This document shows positions 8,160 to 18,850 of a stretch of DNA of 47,217 bases, one piece after another (the first letter of the stretch is position 1; every line of letters begins with the position of its first letter). Source of the DNA: a virus (lineage: Duplodnaviria; Caudoviricetes). The stretch is taken from positions 1 to 47,217 of IMG/VR virus record IMGVR_UViG_3300033067_002201; one strand, written 5' to 3'. Below the pieces are notes generated by a model. It was given only the letters and a program-made list of their open reading frames with translations. It had not been told where the DNA came from and did no database searches. A program made the translations under genes and the position numbers.

Positions 8160-9959
8160 ATGCTTGATGACGATGTCTATCACCCTGAGGCGATCAAGGA
8201 GGGGTACGGGGAAGCGCCCGTACCCTATGAGGAGAAGCCGGCACCAGATGAACACTGGTCGGCTGATTACCATGACAATGCGATACCTGCGCAGAAAGGA
8301 TTCATCACTGACTTCATCTATTACACGAGGGGTTTCGAGACACCAACGCTGTCCTGCATCTGGACTGCGCTATTCATCCTGTCGAGTGCGTTGAAGCGGG
8401 AAGTCTGGCTCAAGTGGGCACCGAATGGTTTGTTCACCAACCAGTACATCATCATCATTGGTCCGGCCGGAATCGTCAAGAAGACAACCGCAGTCAGTGT
8501 GGTTGGTCTGCCGATCTTGCGCAAGTTCCGCAACTGGATCGTCGACAAGAACATGTATGCGATGAAAAGCATAACGGTCGTCAAGGACAAGGTAACGCCT
8601 GAGGCGTTGCTCAATGGTATCCTTCCGGAAAACAAGGACGGTCATGACGTGTACCTGACGGACGAGATGGGCAACAACATACTCGGTGTGGATGGAAAGG
8701 CGATCAGGTACAAGAGAACGAGCGAGTGCGCACTGGTGGTCAGCGAGCTTTCGACTATGCTGGGAAAGGCAAGCTATGCGGAAGCGATGATACCCAACTT
8801 GCTCGACCTCTATGACTGTCACTCGGACTGGGACTGGTCCACCCTTGGGCGTGGGAAGAAAACTTTACGTAATCTGCACACAACCATGTTGGCCGGGACG
8901 ACTGTCGATGGGCTACGGAGTTCGGTTCCTGCCTCTGCATCCGGTGACGGATTCCTGTCAAGGACGATACCTGTTTATGTACCTGATACGAAGAGGTGCT
9001 ACCGCAAGCCGTTCATTCCGAAGAACGCGCCGTCAGAGGATGAACTTGCCAAGCGTCTGGCTTGGATAGCAAGTACCTGCATCGGCGAGTTCCAGTTGAC
9101 CAAGGAAGCTGACGCGTACATGGACAAGTGGTACAAGAACTACAAGGATTTTTTGCGTGCCAATCCTGCGATCAGCGCATCAATGAGCCGGATGGACGTG
9201 AACGTGTACAAGACAGCGTTGCTGTTGAGGGCACAGCGTTACGATGACTGCTCGCCGTTCGTAACGCTCGAGGATTTGAAGACCGCGATCGCATTGCTTG
9301 AAACTACCTACAGTTCGTTCGGTTTCCTTCGTAGCCAGATCAGTCCAGACGAGATCATAATGTGGACGGCGAAGGTTGAGGAGTACCTGAAACGGAAGGC
9401 AGGAAAGCGTATACCGCGCTTGATGATACTGCAGAGACTGCATGTCAAGTCCGACATGGCTACGTTGGTGCTTGAGGAACTGTTGGCTAAAGGACACGCG
9501 AAGGCGTACTACGAAGGGAGGTTGATTACACATGCCACAAACAGAAGCGTCGAAGAATACGAATGGTGTGGAGAGGACGACGGACAGGGAGAGGCTGGAG
9601 AAGCTGGGGAAGGAGAGGGTTTCCATTACGCTGAGGAGGTTCGGGTCGATCAGGCAGACAGCGATAGCGTTGATGGTTTCACATACAGTGCTAAGACAGT
9701 ATCTAAGCGCGGAAGGCCTAAAGGATCAGTACGACGAACAGTTCGCGAAGACACAGAAACGCGCATTGATGTCGAAGCACCACCGAAGCGGAAACCGGGC
9801 AGGCCTCGTAAAGTGGCTAACGGAACATCCGGAGGAGAGCCTGCCAAGCGGCTCGTTAAAAGACATCGCGAGGAAAACGGGTTGCACGGTGGATCAGGTA
9901 AAGACCTACATGTACAGGGTAAGGAAAGACGTGAAGGAGGAACTGGCGAAGTTGCCTGA
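8160..9959 (+). CDS. DUF3987-like helicase/ATPase with C-terminal wHTH and AT-hook-like tail
   Basis: Walker A-like IIIGPAGIVKKTT, TPEALL, VSELSTML, LLDLYD, GFLSR; tail with KRGRPK and KPGRPRK; start may be TTG at 8139. Confidence 0.75.
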   Translation: MLDDDVYHPEAIKEGYGEAPVPYEEKPAPDEHWSADYHDNAIPAQKGFITDFIYYTRGFETPTLSCIWTALFILSSALKREVWLKWAPNGLFTNQYIIIIGPAGIVKKTTAVSVVGLPILRKFRNWIVDKNMYAMKSITVVKDKVTPEALLNGILPENKDGHDVYLTDEMGNNILGVDGKAIRYKRTSECALVVSELSTMLGKASYAEAMIPNLLDLYDCHSDWDWSTLGRGKKTLRNLHTTMLAGTTVDGLRSSVPASASGDGFLSRTIPVYVPDTKRCYRKPFIPKNAPSEDELAKRLAWIASTCIGEFQLTKEADAYMDKWYKNYKDFLRANPAISASMSRMDVNVYKTALLLRAQRYDDCSPFVTLEDLKTAIALLETTYSSFGFLRSQISPDEIIMWTAKVEEYLKRKAGKRIPRLMILQRLHVKSDMATLVLEELLAKGHAKAYYEGRLITHATNRSVEEYEWCGEDDGQGEAGEAGEGEGFHYAEEVRVDQADSDSVDGFTYSAKTVSKRGRPKGSVRRTVREDTETRIDVEAPPKRKPGRPRKVANGTSGGEPAKRLVKRHREENGLHGGSGKDLHVQGKERREGGTGEVA

Positions 9960-10263
9960 CCTGCGAAAGGTAGGTGTGATCCTGCTGACGAGCGAAGGTG
10001 AGCGAATTGAAACCAAGAAACTCGAGTGGTACAGGTTCGTCATGAACAGGCGCAACTTTGAGGTGACGTTGTTCTGTGGAACGAAGGAAGGTGGGGAATG
10101 GCAAGTGCCCATCCCCCATCTACCGTCCTTCGTGAAGGCAGTACTCAGTCCCGGGTCGTCGGTACGCCAGTCATCGACAGCCAGCCCTTCCAGAAGTCTC
10201 CCTGCTCAAAGTACTCCTTCGCATACTGGAAGTACCGAACCTGATAACCGCCCGGAACCATAG
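9532..10263 (+). CDS. HTH DNA-binding protein overlapping the helicase C-terminus in another frame
   Basis: Two HTH-like segments: GSIRQTAIALMVSHTVLRQYL and SLKDIARKTGCTVDQVKTYMYR; exact start uncertain. Confidence 0.6.
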   Translation: MPQTEASKNTNGVERTTDRERLEKLGKERVSITLRRFGSIRQTAIALMVSHTVLRQYLSAEGLKDQYDEQFAKTQKRALMSKHHRSGNRAGLVKWLTEHPEESLPSGSLKDIARKTGCTVDQVKTYMYRVRKDVKEELAKLPDLRKVGVILLTSEGERIETKKLEWYRFVMNRRNFEVTLFCGTKEGGEWQVPIPHLPSFVKAVLSPGSSVRQSSTASPSRSLPAQSTPSHTGSTEPDNRPEP

Positions 10264-13200
10264 ACTTTGACTGGAACTTGAACTGCTGGAGGTTTGCCGA
10301 ATCTGCGATGCTCCAGTTTCCAGCCGCTTTGTTGATGCCCATCGCAGGGAGCTTGATGAGAGACAGTGCGTAGTGGAAGCTGGGACCGCCAGTGAAGACA
10401 CCCGGGCCTACAGGCAGGAAGTCGTTCGTCTTCACACCCATCTGCGTGAACATATTCGTCATGACACCGCAGATTGCGAGGTAGGTGGCGACCATCCTGA
10501 CGCGGTCTTCCGGCCGTCCATACTTGAGCATGTTGAACATGTTCGCACGGTAGCTTTCAGAATAACTGCCGTACTGGCCGAATAGCTTTCCGATCAGGCC
10601 TTGCCTGAGCATGGAACCTTCAGCGCCGTCGTTCGTGAAGGCGGTGTCCTTGACGACGATCGCGCCGAAGAAGTCCTTTGCGGCTTCCTTCTGGCCTTTC
10701 ATCACAAGCTCTGTGATCTGCTGGCGATTGATTGGGTCGATGACTGACAGCCCGCTGATGCGGTGGAAGCCGTCAATGTCCTTCGGGTTCATTGCAAGGT
10801 GCGTCAGCGCTTCGTCGAACTTGTTGGTGGCAACCCTATAGCCGATGGCACGGCTGAAATCGTCACCGTTCTTGAGCCATACCAGTGATTTTTCCGTGAG
10901 CTTGCCGAGCTTGCTCTCGCCTGCGAGGATCTCGTCTACGATAGGAAGGTTCTCGCTGATGATACCGATCTGTCTGAGCCTGACGAAGTAATCATCACCT
11001 GACTTGAGTACCTGATCCATTGCTTCGATGGTGCTGGACAGGCCAAACCTTGGCGCAAGGGTCGTCATACACTGAAGGCTGTTGCGGATAGCCGTCCAAG
11101 GTTTGAGTCCAAGCTGGGTCATGTAGGTCAAGCTCATGTAGTTGCGCAGGACATTCTGGCCGATGTACTTGAGTTTCTCTTCAGAGACATTCTTGACGAG
11201 GCCTGCGGTTGCAGGATTATCCTTGAGGCCGACGAAGAACTTCTCGCCCCACTGGCTGACGATCTTCTCCCCCGGCGTATGGTAGTAGCCCATCACCATT
11301 TCCCTGTAGTTGACGAGCCTTGTCTTCAACGCAACGTCACTGATCGGATCCTTCTCGACGTACTTGAAGATCTTGTCCCATGGCTCGTCTAGGTAGAGCT
11401 TCTTGTGACCTTGTGCGTTGTAAAGCATGAGCAGTTCCAGTGGGTCGTCCTTCACCATATAGGCGAAGATCTCGTTCGTTCGTTCGTTCTTTGCCCAGAA
11501 CTTCACCGAGCGCGGTACGTTGCCCTTGAAGACAGCATTCGCAAGCTTCTCTGGCAGGTCAAGGCGATTGAGCAACTCGCGGTTCGCCGGGTTGTTGAAG
11601 TCCCTGATCATCGGCATGTACTTGAAGATCAAGTCCTTGAACTCGAACCCGAACTTGTGTGAGAGATTGTCGAGGAACTCGCTGACCTTTCCCACTGCCT
11701 GCATCTCCTCATTGGTGAGGGGTTCAAGCAGGTCGACGCCCTTGCGCTGTGCTTGTATTCCTAGCGCGGTTGCCGCATCCTCGCTGTTCTGCCTGCCGAG
11801 GTGGTAGAAGATCTTCTGCCTGCTCGCAAGCGGAAGCGTCTTGCCGTTCGCGCCTTTGAATGCGTCCTCGATGAACTTGTTGCCCATCAGTGAATCAACC
11901 TGAGTAATACGACGGGCTTGCTGGAACTCGTTGACGAACTCCAAGAGCTTCGGCCGGTTGGTACGGACTGCCACGTCCCTGATCCAGCTGGTGAACTGGC
12001 CGAGAGCCGCACGGCTGGTCATCCACGCGCCCATTGCCTTCGCGTGGGGGTCCATCTGGATCTCCGGTGGCTGGTTGAACTTGTTCCGGCCGGCACGCAA
12101 CTCCCTGCTGATTGGGAAAAGATCCGGCAACATCTTTGTATCCAGTTCTATTGATGGATCAAGTGAGTCGAGTATGTTTGGCGCAAGGGCTTGGAAGTCT
12201 GGTTTCTCCTGCAGGAACTCGATGACCTCGTCCAGTTTGAAGAACGTCTTTTGTGTTCCATCGAGATAACTGGTAAGATCATACCTAGTGCCGTGCCTGT
12301 TTGCAAACGCTTCAGTGAGATGGTAATACTTTTTGTCTGCCATCTCGATTGTATTGGTGAGCGTCTTATAATCACCCAACAAAAATTGAGTTGCCTCACC
12401 CGGTGTATGGAAAGAACGGACAATATCCATCTCCGGTATGCTTACCGTGTAATGGTTGAGTCCGTCCGAGGGCTGGATAAGTTCTCCGCTTGTCGTACGC
12501 CTCAACACACGGCCTGCCGCAGACTTCTTGTTTTCCGCGAACATACCCATAAGCCTGCCCGCTTCGTCCGGACTGACCAGTACTGGTTTCCCGACAACTG
12601 TGAGGGCTACTTTGAGTCCCTTGTCCCCATCAACAAAGAACGCATTGTCAAAACCAAGTGACTGATCTATCTGGTCGGGACTTATGCCCAGACCATCAGC
12701 GATTTCCGCGACTGATGTAGTCCTTATAGGTTGCGGGATTTCCTGATCAGTCAGGATGGGTACAAGGTTCTTGCCTTGCTTGCGATACGCATTGTAAAAA
12801 CCATCCTGCAGTTTTACAAAGACTCCTTGGTTTTCAAGCGCCTTGACCAGTGCATCATGTGGCATTCCCTTCAGCAAAAGGTAACGCATCAGTGCAGTCC
12901 GTTCATCGGAGTCGAGCATGTTGAATTGCCTGAAATACTTCAACCCGTCATGCTCGCTTATCAGTTTGACAAACGCCCCGTCTTCCATGACAAGCTCAAT
13001 ACCCAGCTTGTCCGCTATCTTCTTTTGCCATTTCATGATTGTCGGCCCATCGACCTGATTACCGAAAAGATCAAACAACCTTGCAAAGGACAGATCCGGC
13101 TGATCCAGATAGGCTTTTCCGATTACCCGTCCTTTGAGTGCTTCAGCTGGTAGTTTTGCCTCGTAACGCAAGTCGTCAAAAAGGTTGGCGATCTGGTTGG

Positions 13201-15592
13201 CGAACTGTTCCGGTGAACCCGGCGTCTTGCGTCCTTGCCAATGTACAATGACTGTACCTTCCTTGACGAAGCCTGTATCCATATGCTCGATGTACTCGAT
13301 GTAGCTGGTTCCACCTTTGGGGGGTAGCACTGTTGAACCATCATCCTCATTGTGTGCGGTGTAGTCGAAGTATTCCTCATCGAGTGCTTCAAGTTCACCC
13401 TTTGGTCTTGGTTTTCCCTTGAGGTGCTTGCGTGGTATTTGTGGTGTTCCTTCATCATATACGCCGGAAACCGTAACATCCTTGCCGTAGGCCTTCATGT
13501 ATAACCTGATCAGGTTATGCAGGTCATCTGCATTTTCTGACTTAGCCAGTATGCCTGCGATCAAACGTGGTTGCCTGACAAGTTCCTGTGCGTCGATGTC
13601 AAACCATTGTTTTACTTCAACCTTCACTTTGGGAAGTGTTTTCTTCACGTTGGCCGTATTGCTATATAAGTTTGCGACTGTCTCGTAATTGGTGACCAAC
13701 CGTGCATTGCGTGCAGTGAAGAACTCGACCGACTTCTCCATGCCAAGGGAGGTTCCCAGTCCGTCCGTCATCGCTGAAGGCTCGCTGTGCACGTAGTAGT
13801 CTATCCCCCTGTCAAGCATGTAGTTTGCACGCGCATCCTCAAGCGTCAGGCTTGGATCGTTGTTGATCATGCGCAATGCCGCTTCGCTTGCTTCCTTGTA
13901 CGTCTGGTCATCCGCACCGTTGAGGCCGATGAACAGCATATTGGGGCTTGCGTCGGGCTTTACCCGAACCGAACCCACATCACGGAAGAAGTCCAGTTCG
14001 CCCTTCTTTACCACATCAACAATCGTACCCTTGAGCGGAACGCTGGTTGCCACTGCTATTCGCTTTCCGTTGCCAAATGCCATGCGGTTCATTATCTCGT
14101 CTTCAGGACCACTGAGCTTTGCTTGCGAATCAGCTACCAACGCTTTCGCTTCGTCAAAGGTGATGACTGGCCGTTCAAGGATGTCCATTGACTTGTACGT
14201 GCCGAACTCCATGCCGGCCTGCAGGTTCATGTCACCAAGTTCAGCGGTCTTGGTCATTGCCGACAGTGCCTTCTGCTGTTCGGCAAGCGCCCGCCCACGG
14301 TGGATTGCCCACTCTGATCCTTCGGAGACAAACTTCGCCTGCTCGTCGGGCTTCAGCTTCGACCACTTCTCGTACACCTGATAGGCAAGGTAGTTCTTCG
14401 CCTCACCCAGCGTATTGTAAGTTTTCTTTACTTCAAGTAGAGAGTTCGCGTCCTTCGCTTCCCAGATCCTGTACGTACTGTCTTCCATACGTTCAAGAAT
14501 CTTGTACGTGTCATGTGCGACCATCTGAGCTTTTGCCAGTGGAAAGTCATCCGCATTGGTGATCTTGTTAAAGACGAGGTCATGGATGTTGGCAAACTGC
14601 TTTGCCTGCGCACGCGCCTGCTCGGGCATCATATTGAGCTTGATCGGATCCCTTGTATGGAGGAACTCCGCCATCTGGTCTTTGTACTCGCCATAACTCT
14701 TGACCATCATGTCGTCGAAAGTCTGGGGCTTGATGTTGAAAATCGCCTTGCCGAACTTCCAGCTTGCCTGCATGATCCCGCCGAACATCATTCCATAGAG
14801 GAAGTTGCTCGCGGCGTTGACACCGATCGTCCGAAGCACTTCACCGGCACCCTCTGCCGCTATGGAAGGTTCACCGTTTGCCAGACGCTTGGCCTCATCA
14901 GCCGCATAGAGGGGAACAGCGGTCGTGATCGCATCCGCGAGGATATTGCTTGTCATCTCAAGGGCGGGGTGGATCTTGGGCAGGGCGTTGACGCTCTTTG
15001 CGACTGTTCCTGCTTCTTTCGCCAGTGCAAGCGCCGCCTGTGCACCCTTCCCTCCCCTCAACGCAAGGGTGGTTGCCTTGGTGAGAGCGGCAGTTGCCGG
15101 CGTCATGAGGAGGGAAATGGCGACTGCCTCTGCTGTCCCGCCAACGAACGAGCCAGCCGTTTCGAAGCCGGATTCCCTATGGTTGATCTTGTCAAGCGAA
15201 CGGTAGTATTCAACTGCCCGCTTGTGGTCGACTTCCCCACCGGGCTTGCCGGTCACTGCCGCACGGATGGTTGACGCAAGACCCGAACCTCTCGTCATGC
15301 CTTCGACGAACTGGAAGCGTTCCTTCGCCATCTGGTCGCCACGTTCACCCTGCATGTAACCTGCGCCGGTTTCCTTGAACTGCTTGGCAAGCTCCGGGTT
15401 GGCGAACGTCGGTGCCTTCGCAAGCAGTACCTTGCGGGTAATCTCCTGTTCCTCGAACGGCAACGCTTGGAACTCAGGGTTGAGTGGCAGACGCTTCCGA
15501 AGCAGGTAATCCGCCGCGTCAAGCTGGTCATCGACCGACATGGTCTGGTACTCCGGATTGTTCTTCAGGTCAAAGAGGATGTCGGGCATCAA
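10145..15592 (-). CDS. large internal virion (ejection) protein, 1815 aa
   Basis: Last and largest gene of the podovirus structural operon; Ala/Gly-rich N-terminal part; C-terminal GDDF-R...FGQYGSY region typical of ejection proteins. Confidence 0.7.
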   Translation of the reverse strand: MMPDILFDLKNNPEYQTMSVDDQLDAADYLLRKRLPLNPEFQALPFEEQEITRKVLLAKAPTFANPELAKQFKETGAGYMQGERGDQMAKERFQFVEGMTRGSGLASTIRAAVTGKPGGEVDHKRAVEYYRSLDKINHRESGFETAGSFVGGTAEAVAISLLMTPATAALTKATTLALRGGKGAQAALALAKEAGTVAKSVNALPKIHPALEMTSNILADAITTAVPLYAADEAKRLANGEPSIAAEGAGEVLRTIGVNAASNFLYGMMFGGIMQASWKFGKAIFNIKPQTFDDMMVKSYGEYKDQMAEFLHTRDPIKLNMMPEQARAQAKQFANIHDLVFNKITNADDFPLAKAQMVAHDTYKILERMEDSTYRIWEAKDANSLLEVKKTYNTLGEAKNYLAYQVYEKWSKLKPDEQAKFVSEGSEWAIHRGRALAEQQKALSAMTKTAELGDMNLQAGMEFGTYKSMDILERPVITFDEAKALVADSQAKLSGPEDEIMNRMAFGNGKRIAVATSVPLKGTIVDVVKKGELDFFRDVGSVRVKPDASPNMLFIGLNGADDQTYKEASEAALRMINNDPSLTLEDARANYMLDRGIDYYVHSEPSAMTDGLGTSLGMEKSVEFFTARNARLVTNYETVANLYSNTANVKKTLPKVKVEVKQWFDIDAQELVRQPRLIAGILAKSENADDLHNLIRLYMKAYGKDVTVSGVYDEGTPQIPRKHLKGKPRPKGELEALDEEYFDYTAHNEDDGSTVLPPKGGTSYIEYIEHMDTGFVKEGTVIVHWQGRKTPGSPEQFANQIANLFDDLRYEAKLPAEALKGRVIGKAYLDQPDLSFARLFDLFGNQVDGPTIMKWQKKIADKLGIELVMEDGAFVKLISEHDGLKYFRQFNMLDSDERTALMRYLLLKGMPHDALVKALENQGVFVKLQDGFYNAYRKQGKNLVPILTDQEIPQPIRTTSVAEIADGLGISPDQIDQSLGFDNAFFVDGDKGLKVALTVVGKPVLVSPDEAGRLMGMFAENKKSAAGRVLRRTTSGELIQPSDGLNHYTVSIPEMDIVRSFHTPGEATQFLLGDYKTLTNTIEMADKKYYHLTEAFANRHGTRYDLTSYLDGTQKTFFKLDEVIEFLQEKPDFQALAPNILDSLDPSIELDTKMLPDLFPISRELRAGRNKFNQPPEIQMDPHAKAMGAWMTSRAALGQFTSWIRDVAVRTNRPKLLEFVNEFQQARRITQVDSLMGNKFIEDAFKGANGKTLPLASRQKIFYHLGRQNSEDAATALGIQAQRKGVDLLEPLTNEEMQAVGKVSEFLDNLSHKFGFEFKDLIFKYMPMIRDFNNPANRELLNRLDLPEKLANAVFKGNVPRSVKFWAKNERTNEIFAYMVKDDPLELLMLYNAQGHKKLYLDEPWDKIFKYVEKDPISDVALKTRLVNYREMVMGYYHTPGEKIVSQWGEKFFVGLKDNPATAGLVKNVSEEKLKYIGQNVLRNYMSLTYMTQLGLKPWTAIRNSLQCMTTLAPRFGLSSTIEAMDQVLKSGDDYFVRLRQIGIISENLPIVDEILAGESKLGKLTEKSLVWLKNGDDFSRAIGYRVATNKFDEALTHLAMNPKDIDGFHRISGLSVIDPINRQQITELVMKGQKEAAKDFFGAIVVKDTAFTNDGAEGSMLRQGLIGKLFGQYGSYSESYRANMFNMLKYGRPEDRVRMVATYLAICGVMTNMFTQMGVKTNDFLPVGPGVFTGGPSFHYALSLIKLPAMGINKAAGNWSIADSANLQQFKFQSKSMVPGGYQVRYFQYAKEYFEQGDFWKGWLSMTGVPTTRD

Positions 15593-15607
15593 AGCACTCC
15601 TGTTCTA

Positions 15608-17809
15608 TCAGTCTCCACCGAGCTTCGCACCCAGTGCGGCTCCTGAACCCGTGCCAAGCTGTGGCTGTCCACGGCCACTGTTCACTGGATTCACTGTTCC
15701 AAGTCCCGGCAACGCATATCCCTGAACTGTGCGGTCGGGCGTCTTTCCGAAGCCAAGAACACCTGCGTTGCCCTTTACCACGAACTCGGTAAAGGAGAGG
15801 CCTTCGTTTCCGGTAACCATCGCAAGCAGTGCCGCGTTGATCGCGTTGTACTGCCTCACGTCCGCTGAGTTTTCCATGGCGACCGCTATTGCCTGCCTCT
15901 GCGCTTCCTGTATGGCTTTCGGCGTCATCTTGCCGTCCTTGCCACCCTCGCTGATCTGCTTGAGCGTTGCATTCAAAGCAATTACACCCGGGCTTTTTTC
16001 AAGCAGGTCGAGTGTTTCCTTGAACTGGGTAGACTTCTGGGCAAGTGCGTTCGATGCACCCTTCAATCCCGAGCGGATGTAATCCGCATTAGCATTGTTA
16101 AGGTTGGTTTCGCTCTTGATGCGTTCAACCTCTTCCTTGATCTTTCGTTGTGCAAGACGGGGTTCCTCACGCATGAGCTTGAAGGTTTCATCCATGTAGC
16201 TCACATCAGGATCCGCGTCCTGCATCTTCTGCGCGGCATACCCGATCTCGGAAAGGAAACCCCGATCATAGCCCTTGGTCGGCGAACCTTCCTTGTCAGG
16301 ATCCTTGACAGTGAGCGTCCGGCCTTCCTTGCGGATGATCGCCACCGCCTGCTCCCCTGCCTTTGTGATCTTTGCATCCTCTTTCTTGTCAGCGATGATC
16401 TCCTCACGGGTACGTGTTTCGCCCTTGGTCGCAGGAGAGGGTGCGGTGCTTGGTATGCCGACCTTGTCCGCGATCAAGGTCTGCAAGGCTTCTTGCCTGC
16501 GCTGGTCGACGATTTGCTTCCGGTCCTTGGCGATTTCCTTCGCCTGCAACTCGGCTATCACACGCCTGTCATTGACGACATTGCCGGACTCGTCCCTGAA
16601 GTTACCGTCCTGATCACTGACATTGTACGTCTTGCCGTCGACCTCGTACTCGGCCAGCACCTTCGGACCCCTTGGTTCACGCACAGGTTCCTGACTTGCC
16701 TGTGCAGGTGCCTGTGCAGTCTGACTCTTTTGCCCCAGCAGGTTCAGGTATTGCTGATAGCTTTCAGGATCAAGCTGGCGCAAGTCCGCAGTTCCCTGCG
16801 GATTGACAGGCTTCCCATACTTGACACCGTTGGCTTGGTTGGCGAGTAGCCACTTGCGGAAGTCTTCAGGCGTATCCTTGAGTCCGTCGACCGGTGCAAG
16901 CTTGGGTGACTGCGCAGGTGCCTGTGCCTGTACCTGTGCAGTTCCCGCTTCACCCTGTTTGGCTGGAGTACCACCTGCTTTATCGGCACGGATCTTGTCC
17001 AGTGCGGCATAAGCGGCACGCGCGGCTGAGTAGTTGCGGGTTTCTCCATACTGTTCAGCCATTTTTTCAAGCTCTTGTTCGGTATAGCCAGTTGAGAAAA
17101 GTTTTGTGTAACGTTCAAGCTCTTCTTTGAACTTTGGCCCAAGGCTTGGAAGCGTGCTCGCCGTCATGATCTTGTCTCTAGTCGTCATTGACCCTTGGGG
17201 AAGCGTGACCGACTGTATGCCGGGTGGCAGGCCTTCATTGACAGCAAGCGGCTGTGGCCGGACAATCCTTGTGTCGACTATGCCAACGGGAGAAGAGGAC
17301 GTTCTAATGGGTGCAGGGCCGTCAGATTGTGCAGGTACCTGCGGTGGAGGAGGAGGTGGTGCGGGTGGCTGGGTGTTGTCGATAACCTGACCGGGTAGAG
17401 GCTCAACTCCACCACCCCTCGCAACCTCCGTACCCTTCTGGGTTTCAGCTTGTTTCTCCAGTTCAGCAAGCCCCTGTTCAAACTTGCCTGAGTAGATCAT
17501 GGCATCGGTAATTTTCCTCAGTTGTGCGGCATCCACCGGCGCGTTGGCAAAAGCCGAAGCAACCAGATCACCTTTCATGCCCCACGGATCGAGTCCTGCC
17601 TTGAGCATTGCCCGTCCACCGGGTGTTGCCGCGAACGCTTTTGGCCCGAGTCCGGAGCTTTCCGACATCTTCCAGAACTGCTCGAACGTCCGGTTGATGG
17701 TATCTTCTTTGGATTTTCTGGCGAACTTGAGGCTTTCCATAAAGCCTTGGGTCGAGATGTTGTCAAGTTCCGCGCCGGTGGGTCCAACTAGATTGGAAGT
17801 GATTGCCAT
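15608..17809 (-). CDS. internal virion (ejection) protein
   Basis: Position; low-complexity Q/A/P-rich and helical sequence. Confidence 0.6.
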   Translation of the reverse strand: MAITSNLVGPTGAELDNISTQGFMESLKFARKSKEDTINRTFEQFWKMSESSGLGPKAFAATPGGRAMLKAGLDPWGMKGDLVASAFANAPVDAAQLRKITDAMIYSGKFEQGLAELEKQAETQKGTEVARGGGVEPLPGQVIDNTQPPAPPPPPPQVPAQSDGPAPIRTSSSPVGIVDTRIVRPQPLAVNEGLPPGIQSVTLPQGSMTTRDKIMTASTLPSLGPKFKEELERYTKLFSTGYTEQELEKMAEQYGETRNYSAARAAYAALDKIRADKAGGTPAKQGEAGTAQVQAQAPAQSPKLAPVDGLKDTPEDFRKWLLANQANGVKYGKPVNPQGTADLRQLDPESYQQYLNLLGQKSQTAQAPAQASQEPVREPRGPKVLAEYEVDGKTYNVSDQDGNFRDESGNVVNDRRVIAELQAKEIAKDRKQIVDQRRQEALQTLIADKVGIPSTAPSPATKGETRTREEIIADKKEDAKITKAGEQAVAIIRKEGRTLTVKDPDKEGSPTKGYDRGFLSEIGYAAQKMQDADPDVSYMDETFKLMREEPRLAQRKIKEEVERIKSETNLNNANADYIRSGLKGASNALAQKSTQFKETLDLLEKSPGVIALNATLKQISEGGKDGKMTPKAIQEAQRQAIAVAMENSADVRQYNAINAALLAMVTGNEGLSFTEFVVKGNAGVLGFGKTPDRTVQGYALPGLGTVNPVNSGRGQPQLGTGSGAALGAKLGGD

Positions 17810-17819
17810 GTCTTGCTCC

Positions 17820-18398
17820 TTACTTCCACAGGGACTTTATGCCAAGGCCCATACCGACAGCATCCTTGGTATAGTCCCAGAAGTTCTTGTTGCGCTCGTA
17901 CGTCGGCGTATACATGTCACCCTGCTTGCTTGCCATGTCACCGTACTGTTGCATGCCTTGGCTCATCAAACCGTACTGGCTCGACAGGTTCTGGGTCAGC
18001 AAGGGTGACAGTAATCCAAGCTGTGCCTTCTGCGTTTCGGTTGCGGCATCCGAGAACGCCCTGCTGTACGCATCGCCAAACGCACCCATGCCTGCACCCG
18101 AGTTCGGCCCACCCAGTGCGGCCAGTGCCGCTTCGCCACCAATCTTCGCATTGCGGGTGGCACCCTCGCGCAACATCTGTGCGACCGGACCCGTCTGCCC
18201 GGCAACCATATTGGTCAGGCCTTCGCTCTGCCCAAGAAAGGCATTCATTGCCTTCTGCGGATCGAAGGCACCATTCGCATCCATAAACGCACTCTTGAAC
18301 GAGTCCATGGCACTGCCATAGTTGCCTGTCGGATCGACAAAACTGACGTTGTCCTTGGCATTCGGACCACCGACCTCACTATACGTATTACCCATCAA
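17820..18398 (-). CDS. small internal virion (ejection/pilot) protein
   Basis: G/A/Q/M-rich; follows the GNAT gene as in P22/T7-like layouts. Confidence 0.6.
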   Translation of the reverse strand: MMGNTYSEVGGPNAKDNVSFVDPTGNYGSAMDSFKSAFMDANGAFDPQKAMNAFLGQSEGLTNMVAGQTGPVAQMLREGATRNAKIGGEAALAALGGPNSGAGMGAFGDAYSRAFSDAATETQKAQLGLLSPLLTQNLSSQYGLMSQGMQQYGDMASKQGDMYTPTYERNKNFWDYTKDAVGMGLGIKSLWK

Positions 18399-18850
18399 TT
18401 CCTCCCTTCAAGCACATACAGGTTGCCGTCCCATGTCCGTCCATCGGAAGCAACAAACCAGTCAAATACCTTCCGTTCAAACCTGAAACCCAGATATCTT
18501 TCAACGTACCTGTTGACTGCCTTTTGCCCTACTGGAACTATACACTCAATCCTCGGAAGGTGGAAGCGCACGCCCAGCAAACACATCGCACCCTTGACCC
18601 AGTTACTTTCCCTGAACACCGAAGGCGACCAGAACACCCCATGCACCAACGCCCGTTCATGTTCGACCAGATCGGTCACACGCCCCAGTCCGAACCCGAA
18701 ATCGCAGATCAAGTTACTCGTCCTGAGCGTATCGTCGAACGTCCGGAAATCAGGAGCCTCGAAGTCAGTCCAGAAACTTCCGGTCTTTCGTATCCTTTCC
18801 CAAGCAAACATTGCAGTCTCGGGCATATACGGAACCCAGTTCATTCTCAA
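18395..18850 (-). CDS. GNAT-fold acetyltransferase-like protein
   Basis: RIECIVP---KAV-RY-ERYLGFRFE motif; typical position after the nozzle gene. Confidence 0.6.
   Translation of the reverse strand: MRMNWVPYMPETAMFAWERIRKTGSFWTDFEAPDFRTFDDTLRTSNLICDFGFGLGRVTDLVEHERALVHGVFWSPSVFRESNWVKGAMCLLGVRFHLPRIECIVPVGQKAVNRYVERYLGFRFERKVFDWFVASDGRTWDGNLYVLEGRN

Noticed and set aside
10145-15592. Virion RNA polymerase (N4- or crAss-like) reading the early hairpins
   Set aside because: No DxDGD or T7-type RNAP motifs recognised, and host-type promoters are present
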